Assembly (NCBI GenBank): GCA_000934665.2
Contig: JYFJ02003418.1
Span: 1 to 42,049 of the forward strand
DNA length: 42,049 bases
DNA from: Catajapyx aquilonaris
Taxonomy: Eukaryota
Reading direction: 5' to 3'
Under the pieces are notes generated by a model that saw only the letters and a program-made list of their open reading frames with translations, did not search any database and was not told the DNA's origin. The first letter of the stretch is position 1; each line of letters begins with the position of its first letter. The position numbers and the translations under genes are program-made. Positions 11,632 to 24,912 of the stretch are shown here, one piece after another.

Positions 11632-12417
11632 AGCCTAGTCCGGTAGGGTTGCCACTTATCCTGGCCACCTAAATGTCTCATGGCGCTCTCAGGTGAGCAA
11701 CTTCTGCAACACACGTCGGCAGGGGTGGGTGCGCCGAGATATAAATAGGATAGAGGCCGTAAAGGTCGGACATCTTTGAAGCAATTGGCGGCCATGACAC
11801 TTCGCGGAATAACACGCGTGAGCTGGTAAACTCATGGCTAGTTTTCCCTCTGGCCGCATGGCGCTACTGTCGACTTCTGTATACCACCAATCAGCCCACG
11901 GACACTTATACTACATTCTGGCGTTATCAGCTGCCGAGGCATTTTGCACCGGGCGCTCACCTGAGACCGCCAGGAGTCATTTCGGAGGCCACGACAAGTG
12001 GCGACCCTACCGGACTACGGCTGAACTTTATAGGTACAAAGGGGGCCCAACATGGCCGCCGGCGGCCATGTTGGGCCCCCCAATGTAGCCCTCCCCCGTG
12101 CCTATAAAGTTCAGCCTTAGTCCGGTAGGGTCGCCACTTGTCGTCGTGGCCTCCGCCAAGGGCCTCCGAAATGACTCCTGGCGGTCTCAGGTGAGCGCCC
12201 GCTGCAAAACGCCCCGGCAGGGGGTGGGTGGGAGTGACCAGACCTTACTTATATGACCGTGCCACCAATGCTCTTTTGCCGTGAAGTGGCATGGCCGCCA
12301 ATTGCATCAAAGTGGTGGCGCCACTTTCCACGTGGTTGGAAAGCTTTACGGCCTCTACCCTATTTATACCTCGTTGGGTGGGTGGGAGTGACCAGACCTT
12401 ACTTATATGACCGTGGT
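11632..12417. repeat. GC-rich nested inverted-repeat module with a perfect 40-bp central palindrome
   Basis: 12041-12080 is a perfect palindrome. Arms 11931-12035 and 12098-12220 pair, with a third diverged arm copy at 11632-11725. 11735-11805 is inverted at about 12280-12374. A direct repeat of about 38 bp occurs at about 12223 and 12380. Confidence 0.85.
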
Positions 12418-14371
12418 ATGATACCTGGTGTCCAACCATGCTGGTGTCCAACAAGAATTGTCGCAGCGGCAGCGCACGAACTACAGTCTCTCGTGTCCCT
12501 GTGCTCGTAGATTGTAGTTCCCGGTCCCTGTGTGGAAGTTGTATCCACAGCCAAAATCACACAACCGTAAGTACATTTTACCACCGAAATGGCGACGCTC
12601 GAACAGATGACCAAGCTGTTGGATGACCGTCTGGTCAAACTCCAGAGGGATCTGGATGCCTCGCAGACCAAGGCCATCGCCCAACTGGAGTCGAGCTGGA
12701 AGAAGTTTTCGGAGATCCATTTGACCCTTGAGGATACAAAAAGTGCCAACACGGAACTCCGGATCCACCGCCAGCACTGTCTGATTCGGCTTCGGATTGA
12801 ATCATTCCAGCAGTGACCAGTGGGCAGGTAAATGCCAGTTCAACTCATAATTTTTTAGTGATTTCCTTGAATATGTTGGGCCATCCATTGATTCATATAA
12901 TTTCCCAAATTGGACGGTTAGCCCCAGATCCACTAATAATGGGCTTTCAGGAAACCGGCTGACTGTATAGAGTTACCGATGACAAAGTATTGAAAGTCCC
13001 ACGTATTGTTGTTTCCAAAGCCCTGCAATTAAATTGGGCGCACGTGGCCGACCTTCAGGTGGCCTCGCTCTAGTGATTGACAAAATTTGTACCCCTTTTT
13101 TTTACTTGCTAAGGATTCTTTTTTCGTTGCGGTGCAGCATGCTGGCTGGCCGGTTGCCCAATTCCCAGTTATGGTGTTGCTATAGTGTACTTTACACCCT
13201 CAATGTCTTGTATTAAAATGTCCCGGATGATGTATGTTTATTATTAATGGGCGACTTTAATCCAAGAATAGCAGAAGGGGTATCTTCAATAAATCAGTAC
13301 CGATTTTCTCCCCAATTCGGTCCCCACTAATTATTTGATTTCCTTGTCAATTCAAACGGTGAAAAATTACTGACTTTCCTCGAGGACCATCACCTTTACA
13401 TTTTAAATGGGGCTTTTCCTTCTGGCAGGCCTGGCAATTTCACCTTCATTAGACACCAAGGTCAAAGCGTATAATAGATTATATATTCGTCTCGTCAGAA
13501 CTGTTGACCCAGTGCCTAGACTTTACCGTATGCTTTTCGACAACCTCTGATCACCTTCCCATTAGAGCCTCTTTTTCTGCTCCTAGCTTAGAGCCGATCA
13601 TGTTTCTATCCAGTCTAAAGCTTGCAATACCAGATTAAGGGTGCCTGTTCCTGCTTCCGGAACTCGAACAGCTTTCCCTCCCCCAGGTCATGGCGACGAT
13701 GTTCAAAACAGAGATTTATCAATTGTTGACTTACGGACTGTTGTATACAAGCCGGCCCAACCTAGCTCTACCCATTCAAGAAAGTCCGTTGCTCCATGGT
13801 ATGAATGGGGTTATGCTCAAAGCCAAGCGTTCAGTGAGGGACCTTTTAAAAGTCTGGCGTAACCAACAGACCTCGGAGTCTCCTCAAAGTTACTTAGAAG
13901 CACGCATATCGTAGTCAATGTTCTGCCAAGAAGAAAATGTATTTTAATAAATCCATACCGGAACTACTAAGTGAGTTCATCAGACTCTGCTATCTTTTGG
14001 AAAACCGTCAACAAATTCAGGTCGAGTCCGTCTATAGTATGTAGGCAATACTTGGAACCCTGAGGTCTGATGGAATCATGCACCTCGATCGTTCGATGAC
14101 TTCGAATTTAATGATCAATCCTTCCCCTCATATTTAATTTGCTTCTCCACTCCCCTTCCCCATGCCCGACCTATGATCCTGGATGTAGATTGGTCCTTGG
14201 AAGAATTTACTGCTGCATGTGCAAAGCTTAAATCCAAGTCTTCGCCAGGTCGTGATCGAATTCCGAATGCGTTACAGTATTAAAATTGGAATCGCCAAAT
14301 TTGCGATAGATCCTCTTACAACTTTTTATTGAGTGCATTTAGATCAGTATCCCGTCTATTTGGTCACAAGC

Positions 14372-14718
14372 GGGGGGGTGTGGTGGCCGAAATGGTAACG
14401 TCTCGGCTTGCTGAGTGAAAGGCCCCAGGTTCGATCCCCGCCTGGGGAACTTTCCTTTCACCTGCGCCGGGAGGGTCTCTGACCTGCACCAAGGAGGTGT
14501 CTGGCAACCTAACCTCCTGGGGAACAGCACATGACCCATTAGCTACGACATTGCACCTTGCACCCATGTTCCCTCCCCAACAATCCCTATCCTTTCCCAT
14601 TGTCCTGTTTCCTTGCACCGGAGAATGAAGTGAAAATATACATACAGAAAACTGATGGTGGTATGCCACCCCCCTATAGCTCCCGCAAGGGACATCACGG
14701 GGTAAAATTGAAAAAAAA
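14372..14718 (+). mobile_element. tRNA-derived SINE inserted in the LINE RT, with 10-bp TSD
   Basis: TSD GGTCACAAGC at 14362-14371 and 14719-14728; A-box TGGCCGAAATGG, B-box GGTTCGATCC, A tail. Removing it restores IPSIWSQARVVPIFKSG. Confidence 0.93.
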
Positions 14719-15245
14719 GGTCACAAGCACGTGTAGTCCCTATATTCAAATCCGGGCCTCATGAGGACCAGGCAAATTACCGGCCAATCTCATTAGTAAA
14801 TAATATACAATCAAACTTCTATACCCTCGGTTCTAACTGCTCGTCTAACAAAGTGGGCGGAAGCACACGGGGTATTTTCCGAAACTCAGGCGGCCTTAGG
14901 CCAGGAAGGGGTTGTCTTGGTCATCTTTTTACTTTTAATATACTAAAGCAAAGATATACCGGAAAACCTAAGGGTCTTCGCCACATTCGTTGACTTGACC
15001 CGTGCCTTTGACTCGGTCCCCCATGGTCACCTGTTCTCGAAACTCTTGACTCAGGGAGTGAGTCATCGGTTTATAATGTTGCTAAGAGATTTCTATTCTA
15101 AATTCACTATGATTGGGGACCACGACCCCACCTTGAGACTGGTTCCCAGGGTGGGCTTGCCCCAGGTAGAGTCCATAAGCCCAGTTCTTTTCCATCTCTA
15201 CTTATCCGATCGGGAATATTACTTAGGACTACACGGTGCTCCTTG

Positions 15246-15604
15246 AGTAATCTTAGGCCTACTGAATACTCGGAACAATATAGCTTGCATACAATTTCTT
15301 GGCCACTTGAATATCCCGTGCGCGAAGATTCAGTGATGTTGGCCAAAGGGCGTTGATTGCAGCCATCGCCTTACTTTTAGTAGCCTCGGCCATTTTGATA
15401 AACTTCCCCGAAAAAGAAAAAATTACGCCTAGGTACTTGTACTGCGGTACGATTTCGACAGGGCATGAATTCGCAAAAAACTTTAAATCATACGATATTC
15501 GGCCAGCCCTGCTGAAAACCACAATTTTAGTTTTTGTTGTATTAAGTTTCAAATTTAAGCGGGTAAAAAAAGACACAGTCGTATCCAATAGCTTCTGCAG
15601 GGGT
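15246..15604 (-). pseudogene. Inverted segment of the LINE reverse transcriptase (thumb region)
   Basis: Minus strand LQKLLDT..LNLKLNTTKTKIVVF..VPQYKYLGVIFS..KKLYASYIVPSIQ, the RT region that normally follows the YADD motif. Confidence 0.85.
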
Positions 15605-18600
15605 GGCTAACATATTAAGGTGGCCAACTTCACAGAGTATTTCCGTATAGACAAGTAACCGTTAATCATTGTGCCACAGGACAATATTTTTTTATTATCA
15701 AACAGCACGAACAACTGCCAAGGTCGGCCAGCCCAAGTACAAGTTCTGTTAACCCTGCCCTTCGAAATGTTGGTCCCGCCCGTGGTCCCGACATATTCCA
15801 TATGTGGCCTGTATTTGGCTATAACAGACCTCGGTTTAGCCGACTGATTTCCGCGGTCCCTGTATTAAAGTTTGTTATATCCAGAATCTAATGTATATTA
15901 AAAATTACTGTCCGAATTTTTGTTGCGCTGTTGCAGCTATGCAGGTGTGTCAATTATAGGGGAAGTAATTGCAGCATTCAACAAGTATAGAGCACCTTAA
16001 ATAGGCTACCGGTACTACATGAAGCTATTTAACCTGCTTGACCATGCGACTTTTTAAAAATTGGCATCTTAAGTGAGCCTATGATATTGAACACTCTCGC
16101 CTCCAAGCCTCATGCTGATGCGTAGTTGTTGGGGGTAATGCGCGTATGTCACCATTTTTTCCTCCCAAGGAAACTGTTCTCTACGAGTCACCTCAGTGTG
16201 CTGCGGTGTTTATTTGCTCCTCACAAGCATGCAGCCCGTTGCACAAGGGTGCTGTTGCATAGCGGCCAGGATGAAATGTAGAGTTCAAGGTCATTTGCTG
16301 TGCTTGTAATGGGAGGGCCTTATTATCGCAAAATATTTCACTTCATAAAAATGACATTGCAGTACTGACCTGTAATACCTTGTAGGCACATTACAATAAA
16401 GGCAGCAGATCACTGTACATTCTAGAGAAAATGTTGACCATGTCTGATTGTTTCAGTGTATTTAAAGTGCAGTGCCCGGGAGCATTGGTTTTGATGCTAA
16501 TAATTTACTCTCTCGTCATGGAACGACAATTTGTAATTCATTACATAATGATAGTGCACATGTACTTGTATAATGTAATTTAAAAATTGGGTAGCAATTC
16601 TGGAAGCTTCCAGGCGTCTCCTGTGGACATTTCCAGCAAAATTGTACATTCGCAACTCTCAATACCATATTTTCAAGACTCAGAGAATAGATATTTAAAA
16701 ACTGAATTTCACTCTTCGTGTAATATTTTAATAAACTATTTTTCCTAAAAATTATCACGGAAATCTGTATGCCAAGAGTTCCAAAATTAATTACAAATGG
16801 CAAGATGCGCATAATTTTGTTATCCACAGAAAATGCGCTGTTACCTGGCGTTACATTGAGTGTAATGAGCTTTCGCTACTTACCTGAGAGATGGATTGTT
16901 GCACTGTTTCCCACTTGAATCTGTAAACAATACTTATAATAAAACATTTCACGTGGAGTATATTATATTGATTTTATTTTCAAGCGAAATATGCGCCATG
17001 TCATAATATACGTAGACTACTGCGAATTTTGCGCAATAATTACCATTAATAGGGTTAAATAGAATTGTCGAATTTATTAATACAGTAGTTTACATTTCTC
17101 ATTCTGTATTTTATCATCAATACGGTGAGTGTTTCGTTTCACTTTTTTTTTTGGTCTCGACGTAGCTAGTCAGAAATCTGAAAGAATAATATTACTCATC
17201 ATGTTGCATGCACAATGATCAAATATGATTGCACTTACTGGCAGCATGTAGTTGCAATATTGGTCATTTTGATGTTACAATGCGAAATGAATAATGCCAC
17301 TTAGGATATTTTTTTGGCACGGAACTGATATTTTAAAGATACTCGTATTCATAATATTTACATTGCTCCATTTTATAAGAAACCTACTTGTGCCAGGGGG
17401 GGGGNATGCAGCAGGAGCGTCTCAAAATCAGTTTCTTTATCGTATGGATCCAGGTATCATTATGAGAGTTATAAGGCCCGTGCTTTCTTCTTTTTAGATG
17501 GCAAGTCAATGAGAGTTATGGATGTGAAATAGCATGCTGTTAGATTGGCCTTTCATTTTCTTTTCGTTTCTTTTTGACTTGATGAAACATTATTTTATAT
17601 TCCACTTCAAAAGTTAGTCGAGATGATAGATGCACGGTACTCTTGTTCTAAAATGATGTGTTAAGTTATTCTGTGGAGTAGAAAAGGAGTGTCAGATTGC
17701 CGGATCTCTTGTGCCAATGTCCTGTGAAAGAAGCTGTAAGAAATGAAATAACGAGACAGGCAGTTTACTTTTCCAAATTCATTTCATATTAATATTCTTA
17801 CAAACTATGGTAATGCTATATCATGAATATTGTTTGCCATGCATTGCAGTAGGTACAGTACAGTACGAAAAAAACCTCCGCAGATTGCAGATGAAACTAT
17901 AGAAACCCATAATGAACTGTTCGAAAAATGTGATTCCAAATGGACCAAAACTCAATAATCATAAGTGAAGAGGTAATCATAGTAATACTGTACAGAGGAA
18001 TGATATGCTAAAGTCTATATTAGCTCGAATGAAAAAAACAGCTTTTTTCACTCTGGATTTTCTCATTTTTTTCAGTAGTTTCATTTATGAACAAAATAGT
18101 GCAAAAGTAGTAATTTTTTATCCCCTCTTTTCTTCCATCTAAAGTGTTTGGGGAACCCTGCGACATGGCCCCGGAATGGGCGTTAAGGTGGACAGAGAAC
18201 CGTTGGGGCCCCGCTTAGGAGTATATAACACAATTTTGAAGGCACTTTTTCTTTGGACGCTTGAGAGCCCATCGTTCTTCCGAGTAAAACTGTTGACCGA
18301 AGGTTGTGCTGGTTTGTCTGGGCTATGGTTGCTCTCCCGCAGTGACGTAAGAAGTGGCGTCAGGCCCCCTTGTGCTGCCCCCATGCACCAAAAGGAAAAA
18401 CCCAAGTCCCCCTCCCGGCATCAGGAGGTTCGTGTCAAGAAGCTCTGACTACGCCACTCGCGCGCTACCCAGAAACAGGAGCAGAAATAAAAAATATATA
18501 TATCGTATATATATATTTATATATATTATATATGACGCTACGAGACTAGACGAAACGCCTTTTCCCCCTGACGTCATATCTTACGTCATGCAGGAGAGAA

Positions 18601-20022
18601 ATGGAAAGTGGCGCATTGCGGCCTTGCAACGTCCGACCAGGGCTAACTTAGCTCTTTTTCTTTCTTCTCACTAGAGGAATAGTTTTGTACTAAATTTGGT
18701 CACTCCTTTAGAGCAGACCATTTTGGCCGAAAGTGTGCGAGCGCTGCATTCAAGATAGTTTAGAGAAACAACGTTTTTCTCTCTTCTCTTCGCCTCCAAA
18801 AAGTGACAGAACAAAGGATTTGGGGCGGCAGGGATTTCTCTCAAGTCTTTTAGCAAAAAAGGGGAGTGAGTGAGTTAGTTTGTGTGAGTGAGGAGCTTTT
18901 CCTGACTTTCTCTCTTTGCCCGGAGCCCGCCGCTCCCAAAAAAGGAACTTTTCAAACTTCACTTTTTGAACGGACTTGTTAGGCGAGGACTGGTCGGACT
19001 TTTCTACGTTGCGCGGCAGCCATGCTGAGAGAAAAACGCGGCCCGCGTTTCCTACGTACGCAGTCATTAAGTAACAAACGGCCAACCCGTCACCTCCAGC
19101 AAAATCAATCACTCAAAAAACAACATCATTTACTCAAACCAGAACAGAACAAACTCAGTAAGACACACACCGCACCATAGAGACAGAGAGACAGTCACGT
19201 CGATTAGCAGTGAGAGAGATAAAGAGTCGAAACAGAACACATATAAAAAAAAAAATAAGAGATATGATCGAGACAAAGACAAGTAGACAGAAAGACAGAG
19301 ATAGACAAAGACAGGGTGACAGGCCGCGTTTTGACTCAGCATCAACGTCACTTCCTTGGTTTTGCATTTGAGAATCTGTGCCAGTGCCTGCTATTGTCCG
19401 CTGTGAGAGCGTTGTTGGTCGTGGAGAGAGGGACATGTGTGGATCGGACCATGCCACGGGGTTCCCATTCGAAAAAGCGCAAAAATGAACATCGTATTCA
19501 AGTCTCTCAACTACAAGTTACGACAATTATTGTGAAACGTCCTCGGGTAACTGGGAACAGGGTTCATCGGGGTACAGGGATGGAAACTTTTTGGGCAGAC
19601 GAGGAGGGGGGTCGGGCAAGGGCTTGGGAGAGGAAGGGCACGAGGTAGTGGGGAGTTTGAATGGTTACTTTTTTCTTCTTCTCCTTCACTTGTTTTACAT
19701 TATACGTAATCTGGATGGGAGCGGAACTCCAACTCAAAACAGGGACTCTTTTCTTCTTCGTGTGTGTGAAAACACAACTGAGATTTGTTGATTGTCTCCT
19801 TTTTGTTACAATGCCACGTTCGTCAGTCAGTTTGTGAGTCTTGGGGGGTCACATCCGGCAGTGTCCGCATTGGTGGAGGTGATTGAACACCCCTTTTAGC
19901 GGTTAGAAGGTGTCACGTCACCACCGCCATCGCAGGAGACGTCAGCTTGTGAGCACCCACGTGGTCACAAACGACTGTGATGCTAGTGGCAGTGTAATAA
20001 AATGGAAGGGTAGGGGATGGTA

Positions 20023-20070
20023 TGGTTGGTTGGTTGGTTGGTTGGTTGGTTGGTTGGTTGGTTGGTTGGT
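20023..20070. repeat. (GGTT)n microsatellite
   Basis: About 11 units. Confidence 0.95.
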
Positions 20071-23000
20071 GGTTGTTTGGTTGTGGGTAGGGTATTTGAT
20101 GGGGAGGTTGGATGGAGGTGGAGGTTGAGATTATAGACCAGGTCAGGTCGGGTGGTTGTATGTATAGGGTGGTGGGACTGGGTTTTTGGGTTCGACTGAC
20201 TGACTGCTTATTAGATGATGACTAAGAGTTATTGACAGTACGCTTACTGGCATAGTAAAACCAACCCTTCCTGGTCATCAGGACCCGGACAGGGATCGTG
20301 TGACCAGAAAACAAGAGACATCCAAAGCAATTATTTCACCAAATTAGTTAGCGGAAACCCTTTCATTAGGGGGAGATGATTTACACATTCTTCATTTTGG
20401 AACATTATTCATACGGCATATTTTTTTCTTCTTTTTTGTAAAATCCCATTTTGTAAACGTGTGTGTGTGTTGTGTGTAGATATATATTGAAATGGGAGAG
20501 GGGCATGCCCGGGTCCGCCAGGGTCGGTTAATGGTCACCAATCGGGAGCACCCAGTGACTGTGTTGGGGTCCGAGTTGGTGTTGGACAACCACCATGACC
20601 CCGGTCACGCCCCCCCAGCCCCTACCAATGACGTCATCATCCTAATATTTCACCTTACGGAACTAATGATTGACAAAGGAACCACAACTGATTAGACCTG
20701 TTCGGTTGGGTATTGGGTAAAGTACGTGTGGAGGACTACAGAAAGCAAGGAAATGATGAGACAAACATTTGCACACCACCAATGGTTTCTGTTGGTTGAG
20801 AAGGGTTGTTGGGAAGATTGTTGATCTACCTTGTTATTGTGGAGCCGAGACTGTGGGCAAAAAAAGAGCCCGCGACCGTTCCTATCTGTCCGGTTCATCG
20901 GCAAGTTACGTAAACGGCGACGGAAAAGAAAATTTCTGGCCAATTGAAACAAAGTGTGGAGATTGACTGCTGCTGTGCTTGAGCATAAGCATACTTGTGT
21001 ACTTATGCCGTGCTGTGGAGGGCATCAAAACCCTTGGAGGGGCCGGCCGCGGAGGGAAAAGCAACACCAGTCCCCTGTGTACTTGAAGAGTACAATCATC
21101 AACATACTAACGAGTGAACGAACGAATCAATTGGTACAATCATAGGTGATGATGGTCGCGGGCGGAGATTTGCCCCGAGTCTGGGCCGAGAGCACAAAAT
21201 GATTGGCCACCTGACAGGAGGACTATTGAATATGCTAAAGATAAGTTCTAACCTCTGTACAGCGGGTTCTAAAACTTCATAAAGTACTGGTTGAAAACAT
21301 TGAGAACCAGACAGGGAACTGACCTTCTGGTGGTAGCAGATTGGGAAGCAGCTTTATCTTTGTGTTTGAACCATCTGTGATAAGGGTTTTTGGGGACAGG
21401 GACGGTGGGGGAGGTCAGGGTAGGGCTGGGGTAGGGCTGGCTGGGTGGGTGGGTGGGGTCAGGTCAGAGGGTTGGGTGGTGTCAAAGGCAGGGAGAGGGC
21501 GGGATGCTACAGGAGGGTCGAAAAGGGGGAGTGAACTATCAAAAAATAGTTCAAAATTTTCCAGCACACACACACCAAAAAAAGAAACAATGGGCGAAAC
21601 CCATGTGCACGAGAAAGGCCGAGTTACTTTTTTTCTTTCTTCCTTCTTTTTTTTAAGTTGTTGTGACCACTACTATAGCACATGAAAGAATTTCCCATAT
21701 TTTTTCTCCCTTTTTAAGAAAATAGAATAATAATAAGGCAGACAGGGGTACAAATCGACAACATTGCTTTACAATTGGAATAAGGCCAAAACCGTTCCTA
21801 ATTGTTACAAGAACTTGTACCATTTTAGGTTTATTTTTCACCATCGTCGTTTTGTCAGCTACAAAATGGAAAGGGTTCAGTTGGGCTTCGTTTTGAAAAT
21901 GTCCTGAAGACTGAGATAGAGACAGACAGACAGACGAAGGAAAACAGGCTCTCTCTAGATAACAATACAACACTTTTTTCTCGTTTTTGGACTATATAGA
22001 CTGCTCATGTAGCGAGTATCAACTCTATTCAAAAAAAGGAACAATTCGTCTTTTTCATTTTCTTTTGACTTCAGTCTAGAAAAATCGCCCAATCTGACTT
22101 TGAACGACGAGATAAATTTTTAATCTCTCTCTCTCTCTCTTTTTTAAATATATTTTTTTCCATCTCGAAAGTAGGGGAAGCCTACGAGGTCCAGGAGAAA
22201 AGAATATCAATCGAAAAGAATAGTGAATTGAATGATTACATACGATTACCCGGGAGCGAATGATCAGTAAACTCGTCCGCTACGCGAAAAAATTGTTGTG
22301 TTTTTTTTTAACAAGTTACCTTCGGAATGTGGCGGTGAAAAATTGCATTGCAAAAGACGACCGGATGGGAGACGAGGGTACTCTATTGTTGCAACAAATA
22401 GAATCCCTCAATCCCCCACCCATTTCTTGAGAGGAATTGTTGACTATGCAGTTCGAAATGCCACCCTATTGGTCAACTGTTGTGTGTTGCAGGGGTCTGG
22501 GGGGCAAAGGGCAGGGGGCAGGCGGGCGGGCAGGCGGGCAGGCGGGGGCGGTCGGTTTGAGGGCGGGCGGGGGTGGGGGTCAAGGTGGGTTCAAGGGTCG
22601 GTTGGGAGGGTCAGCTGAGGGAATATGGTATGTGTTGTATTAAATGTAACGACCATTTCTACTACCTTGAAGGGAAAGTTCCCGATGGTAAATGACTGTT
22701 TTCTACAACAACCAATGACATTGTACCACAGATCTGAGGGAATTGTTGTGGGGTGTTGGGGTTTGTTGGGTGGTTCGGTGGGGTTCGGGTAAACAGTAGT
22801 ATGTTGTTGTTGAGGGGTGGGCGGGGGCGGGGGGGTTGGGGGGTTGTCACGTGGGAAGGCTTTACCAGACGAAGGGGTTGGAAACAAAAGAGAAAAAAAC
22901 CAGTATTGTAACCGGTTTCTGTTGATATTACTATTGTTGAACTAGAGTCCGCCAATTCCTGTGTGACGGTGTAATTGTGGTGTTACTGTTACGACGCTAC

Positions 23001-24759
23001 GTCAGTATGGGAACTCTAGTATCCTGCAGCCCAGCAGGGTTGCCAGGCAAGTGATATAATAATATAACTGACTGCCTGTGACTTGTGTCGCTGTGCGGTG
23101 TTGCCGCCTGCGTTACTGAGAGATGTATTGGATTGATTAAAAAGCCTTTCGGGGGCCAAAAGCCAGCCGGGCCCGCCCCCGCTTGGTTATCAATCTGCAT
23201 GGAATGTTTATGTTTTCACCTGCACGTGTGAAAAGGTACATTTGATGAAGGTTCCCTGGCTCTTTCTTGGGTTCGGTCTCCGAAGAATGGTTATTACGTT
23301 TATTATTTATTATTCGCGGTGGGTAGGTTGAATGGGTGGATGGGATGGGGTGCTGATTCTGGAAGGGGAGGAGGGGGAGGGAATTGTCATGTTGGGTGGT
23401 GGGTATAAGAGGTGAGTTGGGTGGGTATTGGTTGGTAGGTAGACGGGTCAAGGGGTTTAGCATCGCCTTTGAGCGCATCCCAGCTCAGGAGGCTGTTGAG
23501 CCGTGCCCGGAGCAACGGTCAAAAATGCTGTGGGTAGTTCTTAACTGCTATCTGGAAACTTCAGACTATGTATACATGCACACAATATCATCACACACGT
23601 TAACTCCCTATCCTAGTCACTGTATTAGTAGTAGTACTATTGCAACTGTAGAGCTAAAATTGATCACGTAGAACCTATTATAAATATTCCTTAACATGCT
23701 GTATGCGAAATGGACCTTAACCTGTATTAACGGCAAGAGTTACAACTGTCAACTGTGGATGAGGAAAACACAAAAAAGTCTGTGGTAAAAGCTATGGTAA
23801 CGGCAACATGGGTACAGTGACGTATAGAAAGACTCGGCATGCAACGGTTGTCTTGATCGCCTTATTCCTCCTCATCACTTAATCGTCCTCGTCATCTGAT
23901 CACTTTCCAGCAAAAGACGGTTTTTGCTGCTCATTCTGCTGCTGTCGCGCGAGCCCGTTTGACAAATGTAGTTGTGTAATTATTTATAATGATTACAAAT
24001 GAGAACAGTTTGCCCAAGAAAGACGCCAGGGACAACATTTGGAGGTTTGTGATATATTCTGGAAAAAGCGACAACAGTGAATAACAATAAAAAGTAGGTA
24101 GTCCATATGTGCGAGCCCTGTTGTGTGTGCAGCGTTACGAATCCACGTACTGTATTATGTGTGTGGAGGGTCGCCAGGTCCAGGGTTGCGGGGGTCACGG
24201 GGGGTTACGGGGGGTGGGGTGGGGGGGTTGTTATCATCAATCAACCTAACGACATAGTAGTAGTTTCTAACCAACTAACATTCGGCTGGGGAGGGAACAA
24301 GAAAAACCCAACGGGACTGTCAATCAAATGAAAAACCTGACAAGAAGTGGCTATAACACACGAATAATTATAATAAGGATAATAATTAATAATCAGCAAT
24401 AATGATAATAATAATCGGAATAGCAATAATGGCAATGATAAACGGGGTCAATAGAGTTTATGAGTTTAAATATTGCAGGTTTGATTTTCCCAGAATAGCA
24501 CAAACAAGAGATATAGGAGGTTCTTGCGGTGGTGGTTGTGGTGGTGGTTCTGTTATTATTATTATTGTTGAGGAGGAGGAGGAGGAGGGGGAGGAGGCAG
24601 CGGATTCAGGGGAGGGGAGGGAGGTCTCTCGGTTGGAGCGGGAAGGACTTATTGGGAGGTACTTGTTGGAGTACAAAATACAACAATGGAATTGTATGGC
24701 ATGCCCGTTTGTTGGTTTGACCAGAACTGTTTGGTGTGGTGATGGACTAAGTGTGACGT

Positions 24760-24811
24760 ACTGACTGATATACGTACTGACTGCTCCTAGACTTTGACTG
24801 ACTGACTTACT

Positions 24812-24847
<36 letters not shown>

Positions 24848-24912
24848 AGACTTGACTGACTGACTGACTGATTGATTGACTGATTGACTGACTGACTGAT
24901 TGACTCACTGAC
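24760..24912. repeat. Degenerate (GACT/GATT)n microsatellite
   Basis: Tandem gact/gatt units. Confidence 0.92.

Larger units (their letters stand above)
12460..15900 (+). mobile_element. Decayed non-LTR retrotransposon (CR1/L2/Daphne group; boundaries approximate)
   Basis: ORF1-like coiled-coil start 12589-12816. APE endonuclease motifs IMGFQET, GRPSGGLALVI, LLMGDFNPRI, NGEKLL..ILNG, IDYIFVS, SDHLPI. RT motifs KSSPGRDRIPN, VPIFKSG..NYRPISL, FVDLTRAFDSVPH, GLPQVESISPVLFHLY. Many stops and frameshifts. Confidence 0.9.

Noticed and set aside
16029..17058. piggyBac-like element bounded by TTAA-CCT ... AGGG-TTAA
   Set aside because: The ends do not form matching TIRs beyond a few bases.
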